Assembly: GCA_965207455.1 (NCBI GenBank)
Contig: CBDBMJ010000001.1
Span: forward strand, 416,001-480,000
Direction of reading: 5' to 3'
Length of the DNA stretch: 64,000 nt
DNA from: Bdellovibrionota bacterium
GTDB taxonomy: Bacteria > Bdellovibrionota > UBA1018 > CAIPTA01 > JAALKR01
Position 1 is the stretch's first letter. Every line of letters starts with the position of its first letter. This document shows positions 33,332-43,658 of this stretch, piece after piece. A model generated the notes under the pieces. That model searched no databases. It saw only the letters and a list, made by a program, of their open reading frames with translations, and was not told the origin of the DNA. Position numbers and translations under genes: made by a program.

Positions 33332-34563
33332 ATCGTCCTGTAATTATTGTGAATCCTATCTCTTCAGGCTCGGAACTCGCACCAGCGTTTGCAAAAAGAA
33401 ATGTTCCATCGATTGCTGTGCGACCAATGCCATTGAGTAAACAAGGTTATATCGGCTTTGCAAGTCAGATTCAAAACGAGAACTTTCTCGAGGTGTATGA
33501 AAATGATCCTGGTTTGGTGGATCGATTGCGAAAGTTAAACCCGCTTGCCATTATAGCCGGTACTGAGATGGGAGTTCCGTTGGCAGATCAACTGGCTGCT
33601 ACTCTTATACCAAAGTTAGCCAATGTTCTTGAGCTTTCGCAGGCTAGGACTCACAAGGGCTTAATGCAGGAGGCATTGGAAAAAGCTGGTCTTCCGGTAA
33701 TACGCACTTTGAATACGGCAAGTGTCGATGAGGTTACAACTTGGCTGCTCGACCATAATCTGACAAATGCTGCCCTCGTGATTAAACCACCCGTTTCGGC
33801 TGGATCGGATAAAGTATTTTATATTTCACCTGGTGGGGATTGGAAAAAGATGTTCGATTATATTCTTGCCACGCCATCATTACTTGGGGGGCGAGTGAAC
33901 GAAACGGTGATCGTACAAGAGCATGTCACCGGTGTGGAGTATGCTGTTGATACTGTCAGTGCTGCGGGAAAACATGTGCTCGCACTCTTGAACCGCTATC
34001 AAAAAGTCTCGACAGGCAAGCACATGACAGTTTTCGATTATGTTGAGTTTGTGCCATTCGATTCCCAAGAGCACGGCAAGTTACTTGAATATACTGAGCG
34101 AGCCTTGGACGCTCTAGGGATTCGTTGGGGAGCTGCACATAGCGAGGTTATGCTCACATCGAAAGGCCCTCGACTGATTGAAACTGGAGCACGAATGTGC
34201 GGAGGCCCAGTGATTGGATTTTCACGAGCAGCCACGGGCAGCAGTCAGGTTGAACGAATTGTGGAAGCGTACTTGGACGGAAAAATTAGTACACAGAACT
34301 ATGACGTTAAACAAACTGTTGTTCCCGTCTTTTTAGCCTCACCAGTATCAGGCACATTACGCAATGTGGAGATACTCGATCGACTACAAAAACTGCCCAC
34401 TCACCTAGCCACGCACATGTGGCTAAGCAATGGTGACCATGTTCGGCGCACAGTAAACTTCGACACTGTTCTGGGTATCGTTGCACTAGCCGGAGATCGA
34501 AAATCCGTTTTCAGAGACTACAACCATGTTCGTGCAGTTGAAGCTAAGTTAATTATTGACTAA
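33328..34563 (+). CDS. ATP-grasp ligase
   Basis: K..MQEAL, VIKPPVSAGSD, QEHVTGVEYAVD and HSEVM...LIETGAR motifs. Confidence 0.88.
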   Translation: MNRPVIIVNPISSGSELAPAFAKRNVPSIAVRPMPLSKQGYIGFASQIQNENFLEVYENDPGLVDRLRKLNPLAIIAGTEMGVPLADQLAATLIPKLANVLELSQARTHKGLMQEALEKAGLPVIRTLNTASVDEVTTWLLDHNLTNAALVIKPPVSAGSDKVFYISPGGDWKKMFDYILATPSLLGGRVNETVIVQEHVTGVEYAVDTVSAAGKHVLALLNRYQKVSTGKHMTVFDYVEFVPFDSQEHGKLLEYTERALDALGIRWGAAHSEVMLTSKGPRLIETGARMCGGPVIGFSRAATGSSQVERIVEAYLDGKISTQNYDVKQTVVPVFLASPVSGTLRNVEILDRLQKLPTHLATHMWLSNGDHVRRTVNFDTVLGIVALAGDRKSVFRDYNHVRAVEAKLIID

Positions 34564-34572
34564 GAATAAGAG

Positions 34573-35224
34573 TGATCTTTCCCGAAAAAACGGACACTTT
34601 TACACAACGCAGTGTTTTGTTTTTCTAACATAATCCATTGGACTCAAATATCCAATCGAAGAATGTAGCCTTTCTCGATTATACCAATTTATATATTCAA
34701 AAACCGCTCTCCTTGCCTCTGATACATCCTTAAACTTTGTCTTTCCTAACTCATTTTTAATCGTATGAAAAAAACTCTCTGCGTAAGCATTATCATAGCA
34801 ATTTCCCTTTCTCGACATTGATTGAGTAATCTTCAGTAAATTAAGTCTCTCTCGCACTTGTGTAGAACAGTACTGGCTCCCTTGGTCTGAGTGGAATACT
34901 AGCTTCTCAAGAGAGCCTGGAGCCTCGCTGATAGCATCAGTTATGGCTTTCTTCGTGTTTTCTGCTTCCATCGTATCGCTTACATTCCAACCTTTAATTT
35001 CTCGGCTAAATACGTCCATCACCATTACTAGGTAACAATGTCCCTTCTCTTTTGGCAAATAAGTAATATCAGATACCCAAACCTTATTTTCCTTTTCAGG
35101 TCGACATTCTTCAACCTTAACGATTCTTGCAGATTTCCTGTCGTTTGGATTACTAATTGTCGTTTTTGGACGAAACGCCTTCTTCTTATTCGCACACAAT
35201 TTCTCTTCGCTCATGATCCTTGCT
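34573..35224 (-). mobile_element. Truncated IS3-family element (right end plus orfB C-terminus)
   Basis: WVSDITY, HSDQGSQY and SRKGNCYDNA motifs; terminus TGATCTTTCCCGAAAAAACGGAC; cut by the IS1634 end. Confidence 0.9.
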
Positions 35225-37129
35225 CCTGAGTTCATGCGTTCGGAGCATTGCGAAACTTCCGAGTAGCTGAAAATAAACACTTTATGCATTACATTATTTC
35301 GGAGGACACTTAACTTTTTCTGCCTTATTCTGATGTGTTGGATGTGGCTCTAGGAAAGATCGATAGGGTCCAATAGCAGGCGCGCTATCTCGTTGCGTTT
35401 TACTCCAAATGCCTTGTAAATCTTTTGTCCCTCTTCAGACATTTCCTCAGGAATAGCATATTGCTTTTTACTTTTAGATTCTTGTACTATCAATGTTTTT
35501 ATATCAGAAAGAGTATTTAAAAAACTTCGAGGACCAAAGGAAAACCTCCTAGATTTCAGGAAAATTTCTGTGTATCTTAAAATGATATAGGAGAGAAAAC
35601 ATATCATTATATGAGATTTTATTCTCTTAGAAAGCCGATGGAAGATTGGGCGCATTTTTAATGTATGTTTGTTGATTCTAAAAGACTCTTCTATTTTCCA
35701 CAATCTTTTATAGGAATACATTAAATCACGAGGAGATGCATTTTTTATATTAGTGCAAAGACCAGCAATGCCGTCCCATTGAGCGTCCTCTATCACAGCT
35801 TCTTTATTTACTGTTACACTTTCTTTTGATTTTTTAAGGAATCTACTAACCCCCCTATTACGAGTAAGTTTTTCTACTGCAATTTCTCCATTTTTTCCTT
35901 CTAGCTTCTTTATCATATCCAGCAACTTTTCTCTTCTATGCCTATCTAATTCGGCTCTTTTCCTGGAGTGAATAGCCACTACTCTTCTGCCATCATTGAG
36001 AAATTCAAATGCACTTCTATCCTCATCTATCAGGGTATAGTTATCTAAGTTTAAAACTTCTTCCTGTAATTTCTTTGCTATTTTCTTTAACGGACAGGAG
36101 ATAATATACTCCATAGAGCTATTACCATGGATTTCTTTATCCTCAAAATAAGAGAAATTCTTTTTTGAGAACATTGCTTTATCCGCAGTTACTCGAATCT
36201 TATTTAATTTATATTTCTTCTTGAGATCTTCCATGCAATGAATAAATGTTTTTGTTTCTGCTGTATTGCCTGGGAATACTTCGTATGTAATTGGCAGACC
36301 TTCGGAATCTGTGAGTAAGGCAAGCACCACCTGTACCTCTTTAAATTTACTGTCCTTACTGAAACCAAAATTTTTTAAATCTGTAACATTTATATTCTCA
36401 AAATATAACGTTGTTACATCGAAGAGCATGAGATCAAGAGTCTTGCTTTCTTCTATCATTTTTTTTGATAGATATGTTTTTATCTTTTCCTCCCTCTTAG
36501 AAAGGTGATCCATCATCTTCAATACCTGATCATGGCTGATTTTTTTTTCAAATTGATCTAAAATCACCTCAATTGATCTTAATTTGCTAGATGGTTCTAA
36601 GAGTCGAGAGAAAACGCAGTATTTTAAAATTTCATTCCATTCTTTATCCTTTCTTGTATCCGAAATTATTTTGTCGAAACCTAGCCTATCGTATACACTG
36701 CCTAAAATATCTGGAACACCGTTGTTTACGGAGACCTTCCCCTTCAGGTTATATAGATTCATGGCAATTGGCGCATGAAAGTTGATATTTTGTTTCTCTC
36801 CAGATTCTATGCTTCTCTTCATTTCCTTTGCGGCATTTTTCATGTATTCAATCCGAGCCGGATCCCTTGATTGCCCTATAGTTTTTACTACCTTTTGTTT
36901 GAGTTTGCCGTTCTCTCTGTATCCATGCATTAAGCGCACGACTGTAATTCCACCTTTTCTTTTTGGCGTTGTTATATACATATTGTTTCCTCCTTACCTT
37001 AATTTCTCTTTACATTGTATCGGAAAAATTTTCAGAAGACAACTAAAAGAGACACTTAACAATAAAAAAATAAATGCTAATTATATCGAGAGGTTAGAAA
37101 GAAAAGGCAATCCTACGCATGAACTCAGG
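35225..37129 (-). mobile_element. IS1634-family element (transposase 35350..36981)
   Basis: FDVTTLYFE, GFSKD, PGNTAE and LWKIEESFR motifs; perfect IR CCTGAGTTCATGCGT at 35225-35239 and 37115-37129. Confidence 0.9.
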
Positions 37130-37219
37130 AGAAAGAATAAGTGGAGAGTCGGATACTTTTTAATAAGTTTGGCAGTCGCAGTGATATTCATATTATTTTC
37201 TGCGGCTACAACTTGGAAA

Positions 37220-37268
37220 GTAAGCGGTCGGTGATCGGCAGTCTCTGATCTAGAGAAATTCTGTTATA
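37220..37268 (+). repeat. 49-bp direct repeat, copy 1
   Basis: GTAAGCGGTCGGTGATCGGCAGTCTCTGATCTAGAGAAATTCTGTTATA, identical to 43610-43658. Confidence 0.95.
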
Positions 37269-37270
37269 AT
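37262..37270 (+). promoter_or_regulatory. Extended -10 promoter (TGnTATAAT) facing the array
   Basis: TGTTATAAT immediately upstream of the first partial repeat. Confidence 0.6.
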
Positions 37271-37273
37271 GCC

Positions 37274-39007
37274 AGACCTTGGTCGGTTATACTATAAGCT
37301 TCCTCGCTCCATTCGAGCTTTAGTTGTGATTTGCAGATAGACCTTGGTCGGTTATACTGAAAACTAAAAAGTACAAAGGGAAAGAGTAGTTGTGATTTGC
37401 AGATAGACCTTGGTCGGTTATACTGAAATAGTTCATTATAAGCTATGGTTAGCGTTGTGATTTGCAGATAGACCTTGGTCGGTTATACTAAGAAAGAGGT
37501 TAAGTAATGATGGAACTTGTTGTGATTTGCAGATAGACCTTGGTCGGTTATACTTCTATATTGATGCCTCTTAGTTCGGTCGGTGTTGTGATTTGCAGAT
37601 AGACCTTGGTCGGTTATACTAATTTGTTTATGTGATAGTGTTGGGCGTGCTAGTTGTGATTTGCAGATAGACCTTGGTCGGTTATACTCAAGGTAATGCG
37701 TCGGTTGTGTGCACCACGGTTGTGATTTGCAGATAGACCTTGGTCGGTTATACTACAAGCTGCTAATGAAATTATAAAATTAAAGTTGTGATTTGCAGAT
37801 AGACCTTGGTCGGTTATACTCATTGTAATGCGTGCACATGTGGAATATCTGTTGTGATTTGCAGATAGACCTTGGTCGGTTATACTATATGCATACATGC
37901 CTACTAAATTGATTCCGTTGTGATTTGCAGATAGACCTTGGTCGGTTATACTTTAATTTCATGGGCAACCCTTTGGGCTACTTGTTGTGATTTGCAGATA
38001 GACCTTGGTCGGTTATACTGACTTAATTGTTGGCACGGAGTTTCCATCAGTTGTGATTTGCAGATAGACCTTGGTCGGTTATACTGGAAGAGATAAGGGA
38101 AGCAATGACTCTGGTGTTGTGATTTGCAGATAGACCTTGGTCGGTTATACTTATAGTGTCTTGTATAACACCGATATCTAGTTGTGATTTGCAGATAGAC
38201 CTTGGTCGGTTATACTCATCACATGGAATAGAGCAGGTGAAACAGCGTTGTGATTTGCAGATAGACCTTGGTCGGTTATACTGTAAGCCTAAGCCCTACG
38301 GCTGGGTTACTAGTTGTGATTTGCAGATAGACCTTGGTCGGTTATACTTGTAGAAGTATGCAATGCAAGCGGTCATAAGTTGTGATTTGCAGATAGACCT
38401 TGGTCGGTTATACTTAAAAGGCAAAAACGTGGAAGGCAAGAAGCGTTGTGATTTGCAGATAGACCTTGGTCGGTTATACTTTCTTGCAAGATGAGCATTT
38501 AGTGTCTTTAGTTGTGATTTGCAGATAGACCTTGGTCGGTTATACTTGGAACCCCAAAACCAGAGGGTGGAGTAAGTTGTGATTTGCAGATAGACCTTGG
38601 TCGGTTATACTCAGTTTAAATTAGTAGACGCTAAGCATGAGTTGTGATTTGCAGATAGACCTTGGTCGGTTATACTGGAAACAGTAGGCAAGCTCATCGG
38701 CTCATAGTTGTGATTTGCAGATAGACCTTGGTCGGTTATACTAAGTATCATGGTATGGGGGATCGAGGTATAGTTGTGATTTGCAGATAGACCTTGGTCG
38801 GTTATACTTAAGCCCCTCGCACCAGCAGGTATCTTTTTAGTTGTGATTTGCAGATAGACCTTGGTCGGTTATACTTCTATCTAATGTAATTGGAGATTAT
38901 CTTTAGTTGTGATTTGCAGATAGACCTTGGTCGGTTATACTTCAGATTCTCTTACATAATATGCATCTTTTGTTGTGATTTGCAGATAGACCTTGGTCGG
39001 TTATACT
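37274..39007 (+). CRISPR. Type II-C array: 26 identical 36-bp repeats plus one partial repeat, 26 spacers of 29-32 bp
   Basis: Repeat GTTGTGATTTGCAGATAGACCTTGGTCGGTTATACT from 37323 to 39007; 20-bp 3' partial at 37274-37293; TATACT -10-like end as in II-C arrays. Confidence 0.98.
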
Positions 39008-39055
39008 AGCTGTGATGTAACTGTATGATTTTTTTGGATATACTGGCAATGCCAT

Positions 39056-39391
39056 TCAAAAAAATTCGATTTGAGACGGTGTTTTCTCAGTTCGTTTTTG
39101 CTCTTTTCCATAGTAAATTTGGATTTTTCCGAATTGCTTGTCGGTTATTTTGATAATTCGTACCTCGCCCTCTCGTGGTAAGGTTGATTTTACTCGTTTT
39201 GAATGGACAAGGGCATTCTCATCGCTGGCACAGTGTCGATAATACACTGAATATTGCATCATTCCAAATCCATCATTTAGAAGATTTTTCCTAAATAGGG
39301 TATACTGCCTACGATCTTGCTTGGTATCTGTTGGCAAATCAAACAAAACAATTAACCACATATTTTTCAAGCCTCCGAATACCAGGTTCAT
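39056..39391 (-). CDS. cas2: CRISPR-associated Cas2
   Basis: MWLIVLFDLPT, FRKNLLNDGF.MMQYSVY and ITDKQF motifs. Confidence 0.97.
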   Translation of the reverse strand: MNLVFGGLKNMWLIVLFDLPTDTKQDRRQYTLFRKNLLNDGFGMMQYSVYYRHCASDENALVHSKRVKSTLPREGEVRIIKITDKQFGKIQIYYGKEQKRTEKTPSQIEFF

Positions 39392-40284
39392 GGTTTGCTC
39401 ACCAATGCTGGGTATTTAATATTTTTCAAAGACCCGTCTAGGCATCGCTTGAAATCGGCAACAAGATAGTGACAAGCTATCATCATTGGCATTGTTTTTT
39501 TGTTCATATACACTGTTTTACTCAAAAGTCCCAATATAGTTTGTTTTGTATCCTTGTCAATTTTCGCTTCTTTATCTTCCATCCAGATCTGATAAACTAG
39601 CCGATCCACCCATGGGCGAAATGGCTCCATTAAATCGTCAGCAAGGCAGAGTGAATTGTATTGGTTATGGTGATGGATACCGATCGCAGGGTGGAGTCCA
39701 CTTGCAACAATAGCGCGAGCGATTAAGGCGCGTATAATGGCATATCCATAGTTTAGCAGCGTATTTACTCCGGCTGCTTCATAGTTTCTTCTGAACGACT
39801 TTCCAAATAAACGAGGCCAGTAATGTTGTGCTGCCTGTGCTTCATAATTTTCTGCATCTCCAGATTTAACTTTTGAAGCCAGTTGTCCAAGAAGTGCTGT
39901 TTTCACACCCATCAGCGACAGTGTCCTCTCCTGCTCAGTGATTTTTTGCTGAACAATTTGCTTCCAAATTCGTTTTGTTGTGGGTTTATTTACATCAATT
40001 TGCATTTGCATCACCTTTTGGTGCAGAGTATGACCATCACTAACTGGAAGTATTACTGAATAAGGTAAATGTCTTTTATCGCAAAATACCATGGCAACAT
40101 TATTCTGCTGGCATAAGATAACTACTGCTTGGGTGATAACAATGGCGGGGTGCTGTAAAATTAATACGCCTAAATCTTCAATGGGAATTTGTCCTACCGT
40201 TTCTCCCTCTTTGTCAATTAATAATTGTTGGTGCTTGGCGCGGATATAGGCTTGTTGGGATATGTCCACAATACGTTTAATCAT
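39388..40284 (-). CDS. cas1: CRISPR-associated Cas1 (type II)
   Basis: IPIEDLG, EAQAA..YW, NTLLNYGYAI and LADDLMEPFRP motifs. Confidence 0.97.
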   Translation of the reverse strand: MIKRIVDISQQAYIRAKHQQLLIDKEGETVGQIPIEDLGVLILQHPAIVITQAVVILCQQNNVAMVFCDKRHLPYSVILPVSDGHTLHQKVMQMQIDVNKPTTKRIWKQIVQQKITEQERTLSLMGVKTALLGQLASKVKSGDAENYEAQAAQHYWPRLFGKSFRRNYEAAGVNTLLNYGYAIIRALIARAIVASGLHPAIGIHHHNQYNSLCLADDLMEPFRPWVDRLVYQIWMEDKEAKIDKDTKQTILGLLSKTVYMNKKTMPMMIACHYLVADFKRCLDGSLKNIKYPALVSKP

Positions 40285-43200
40285 TGATTAGAAATCCGAT
40301 AGCATTTATGCGGCGTAATTGGATTTTATATTTATCAAAATTTTCTTTGTTAATATTGAGATGGAGCTTCTCATCCTCTTTGCTCAAGGTAGTTGCTGTA
40401 GCAAGCCTTAACATAATTTTATTTGAGCTTGAGTCCAGTTTTTGTATACGATAAAAGATGCATTCGCCATTTTCATTTTCAATACTAACCGTATCGTTAA
40501 TATGCATTGCCATTATAAACTCATAATCTGCACCATGATCAACTTTAATTATGGGTTGTTTAGGTATGTTAATACCTCTCGCGCGATGTGATGCGTGCAT
40601 CATTGTTACAAATTCACCTTTGATTTTCTCTGTTTGTTTATTTCGAATAATCTCCACATGGTGGTTGTTGCCATAAGCCATCCATTTGAAAATATTCCCT
40701 TGTTTGTCTTTGACACCAAATTTAGTTTGCTCTAGTTTCTTTTTGTTGGTAGATGACTGTAGGATCCGAACACGCTTAATAGGGGTTTTACCATCTTCAT
40801 GATAAACTACACTATTAGAAAATGCCTCCTTGATAGATTTGAATTTTGAAATATGCCTTTTAACATTTTTCTTGACTATTTCATCGATAATTTTATCAAT
40901 AGTTTTAGTATTTAGATCAGTAAGAGCCTTTCTATAAACTAGACCGCCATGTTTTTTGACATAACCTGCTCCTGTTTCTTCGTGTAAGCCACCGGAAATT
41001 TTGCGTTGTGGTGCGTGTGAAACAATGGTATGTTTGAGTTTTTCAGCTAATTCCTCTCTGATATTTTTATACGGCGGTTCGATTTTAAGCTTATCTTGTT
41101 GAATCTGATCAACCGCTTTTTGATACAAACTTCTTGAAGTGGCAGCAATTACCACAGCATCAATGGCATGGTGGCGATGGTCGGTACGTTCTTTTGTGTC
41201 TGTCTCACCGATAAGGGTATTAAATCCCCATTGATGGCGAATTTCTGAAACAACAAAACCTTTAGTAACAGATATATCACAGCCTAGTTGTTCGACATAT
41301 TTCCGGGCTACTTTTGAAATGTAGCGAGTATCATTGAGCTGATTACTGATGAAGTCTCGTTTTTGCAAGTCATCTTCTGTTTGGTAAAAACGTGATTTTT
41401 TAGTTTCTAATGATTTATCCCACTTGCTAATCGCTCTTTTGATTTTACTCCACTTATCACTATCAGTTCCCCATTTATCTATTGGTGTCCGATTTGATTT
41501 TTCACGATTCTCACGGGCAAAGCAAAGTACTTTGTTCATATAAGAATCATCTAATGACTTCGTATATGGTAAGATATGGTCTATTTCAGTATCGGCAGAA
41601 AAAACTTGTTGTAGAGCAATATATTCTGTGCTGTATGCACAAAGTTCCTTTTGATCCTTCCACAGTCGGTATTTAATTTTATCATCTCTGGAAGCGTACC
41701 TCTTACCTAAATTCAATTCTGCAAATGCTTCTTGTGCCTCTTCATTGGCCTTTTGGTTCTCTTTTTGTTTTTTCTGATTTTCTTGGTAGCGCTTGGTATT
41801 CATCTCCAAATCTCGTGCCATTTCAATACGGATAGCATCTGGCTTGCCATATTTTTTGATGATAGCATTTACTACTCGCTTTAACTCATGCAAACCTTTA
41901 TTAACGATTGGGTTGGAAGTTTCAGGTGGTGCAGATAATTTTTCTTCGCCTATTTCTAGTGAAGTAGCGCTATCATTTCCATCAAATTTATAGCCGGCTG
42001 CTTGTCGTGCATCGCTGTAAATCATGCCATTTTCTAAATAAGGCAGTATTTTTTTTATAGCTTTAAGAGAATGATTAGAGTGAGATGGCTCAAACTCTAG
42101 CAAACACAGCTTGGTTGCTATTTTTTTATCAAAACTCCAATGGTTAATCAGCCGATTTTTGAGAACAGATTTTTTTTTGATGGTGAGTAAGTCTTCAAAC
42201 AAATCCCTTTGTTTATCGTCGCTCATTTTATCCCATTTTTCGTTTAGGACAGTTCGAATTTCACAGGCGGTGATATTGCCTTTTAAATTTTTTTCTTCTA
42301 AATTTATCTTGTTCGACTTGTTCAGACATAATTCTTTTTTAAGCTTTGCTGTTGTGATTTTTGGATGATTCTCAAAATAGGAAATGAGTTTTATTTTTTG
42401 CTTGTCGTCTAGTGAAAACCATTTCTCAGAATATTTATCAGAATAAGCTAGATTATTAATATCTTGCAAATAGCGAAAACGCTGCACTTCTAATCGTGCT
42501 ATATTAGCGCGATATTTTTTAGGCTCCAATGAACATCTTCCCACAAGGTTTTTTTTGAGTTTGAGAGGGCGTTGGTAAAAAATGATTTGCTTCACACCCT
42601 TTTTATCCTCCATAAAGTTATCTGGCAAATGGCCGAAATATTTCTTCTGCTTTTTCCAGATCAGTTGTAGCTCATCTTGGTACATTTTTCTATCGGTGCG
42701 AAGATGACCACCATCATGACTACGGTTTCGTTTGCATTCTCCCTGCTTTAATTTGTGTAGATACTCACCAAGAGTTCTTGCTTTAGATTTCTTTATGGCT
42801 TCTCTAAGTTCAGTAATATCTGCTTTAAATGCTGTTTCTTCTTTATCTTCATTTGATCCACTGTCTAATTCAGCTAAATATTCTATAGTATCTGGATCAT
42901 CAACTAAATCACCTGCTATTTGTTTTTTGCTACTCAGAAATCCACGGCGAGCAACAAAATGCAGTAAAACCCGTCCTAATTCATTCGGCGATAATTTTTT
43001 ATCTAATCCTTTAGCACGCAGTTTATAAGGACTCCCAATTTCATTTAATAATACTTCCGGCTGGAAACTATCTTGTAATTCTTTAGGAAGCAAATTAAGC
43101 GATACTAGATAATTGAGCATTCTTTGTTTACGTCTTGCACGTCTTTGAATTATGCGTCGACCTGATCGCATATTTCGCCTTTTTACATTTTTGGGTGTTG

Positions 43201-43339
43201 GGATCTTTGCTTCCACCGCTTTAGTGAAAATACGGCATCCCAAGCCAGCAATACTACTTGGAGTCTTGCTTTTTCCTTCCAGCAATGCCCAACCAATGGA
43301 GTTGCTGCCCAAATCTAGACCTAATATTTTCTTGCTCAT
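40277..43339 (-). CDS. cas9: Type II-C Cas9, 1020 aa
   Basis: RuvC-I LGLDLGSNSIGWA, Arg-rich bridge helix, RuvC-II IEMARD, HNH IDHILP..DDSYMNKVL, RuvC-III HRHHAIDA; no csn2 or cas4. Confidence 0.97.
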   Translation of the reverse strand: MSKKILGLDLGSNSIGWALLEGKSKTPSSIAGLGCRIFTKAVEAKIPTPKNVKRRNMRSGRRIIQRRARRKQRMLNYLVSLNLLPKELQDSFQPEVLLNEIGSPYKLRAKGLDKKLSPNELGRVLLHFVARRGFLSSKKQIAGDLVDDPDTIEYLAELDSGSNEDKEETAFKADITELREAIKKSKARTLGEYLHKLKQGECKRNRSHDGGHLRTDRKMYQDELQLIWKKQKKYFGHLPDNFMEDKKGVKQIIFYQRPLKLKKNLVGRCSLEPKKYRANIARLEVQRFRYLQDINNLAYSDKYSEKWFSLDDKQKIKLISYFENHPKITTAKLKKELCLNKSNKINLEEKNLKGNITACEIRTVLNEKWDKMSDDKQRDLFEDLLTIKKKSVLKNRLINHWSFDKKIATKLCLLEFEPSHSNHSLKAIKKILPYLENGMIYSDARQAAGYKFDGNDSATSLEIGEEKLSAPPETSNPIVNKGLHELKRVVNAIIKKYGKPDAIRIEMARDLEMNTKRYQENQKKQKENQKANEEAQEAFAELNLGKRYASRDDKIKYRLWKDQKELCAYSTEYIALQQVFSADTEIDHILPYTKSLDDSYMNKVLCFARENREKSNRTPIDKWGTDSDKWSKIKRAISKWDKSLETKKSRFYQTEDDLQKRDFISNQLNDTRYISKVARKYVEQLGCDISVTKGFVVSEIRHQWGFNTLIGETDTKERTDHRHHAIDAVVIAATSRSLYQKAVDQIQQDKLKIEPPYKNIREELAEKLKHTIVSHAPQRKISGGLHEETGAGYVKKHGGLVYRKALTDLNTKTIDKIIDEIVKKNVKRHISKFKSIKEAFSNSVVYHEDGKTPIKRVRILQSSTNKKKLEQTKFGVKDKQGNIFKWMAYGNNHHVEIIRNKQTEKIKGEFVTMMHASHRARGINIPKQPIIKVDHGADYEFIMAMHINDTVSIENENGECIFYRIQKLDSSSNKIMLRLATATTLSKEDEKLHLNINKENFDKYKIQLRRINAIGFLIND

Positions 43340-43369
43340 TCTTTACCTTCAGTGTATCGTTTATATATT

Positions 43370-43480
43370 AGCATAATCGACCAAGGCCTATCAATTTGCT
43401 TTTCATACCAATGAAAATTATTTTTCGTAGGCGCCGCTTTCAAGCGACCTGCAGCCCTCCCAGTGGGGGCTGCTTTTTTT
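43370..43480 (+). ncRNA. Probable tracrRNA
   Basis: AGCATAATCGACCAAGGCCTATC matches 20/23 of the repeat reverse complement; followed by hairpins and a terminator GCAGCCC...GGGCTGC-T7. Confidence 0.8.
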
Positions 43481-43609
43481 CATACTGAACTAAAAAAGAA
43501 AAAAATATAAATGGAACAATTCAGTTTGGGTTGCGGCACTTAATATCGTGACCTGTCGCATAAACTCTTAATATCAAGCGCTTTCACTGTCGCAGTTAGT
43601 AACTTAGTC

Positions 43610-43658
43610 GTAAGCGGTCGGTGATCGGCAGTCTCTGATCTAGAGAAATTCTGTTATA
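43610..43658 (+). repeat. 49-bp direct repeat, copy 2 (ends at the IS630 insertion)
   Basis: Identical to 37220-37268. Confidence 0.95.

Noticed and set aside
36782..37234. 150-aa plus-strand ORF
   Set aside because: Antisense to the IS1634 transposase and crosses its terminal IR; probably spurious.
37650..38353. Short ORFs with repeated peptides (SITDQGLSANHN, CDLQIDLGRLY)
   Set aside because: They are translations of CRISPR repeats.
37294..38971. Self-targeting spacers within the window
   Set aside because: None noticed by eye; a proper alignment is needed to exclude them.
42351..42360. GTTGTGATTT inside cas9 matching the repeat start
   Set aside because: Only 10 bp within coding sequence; expected by chance.
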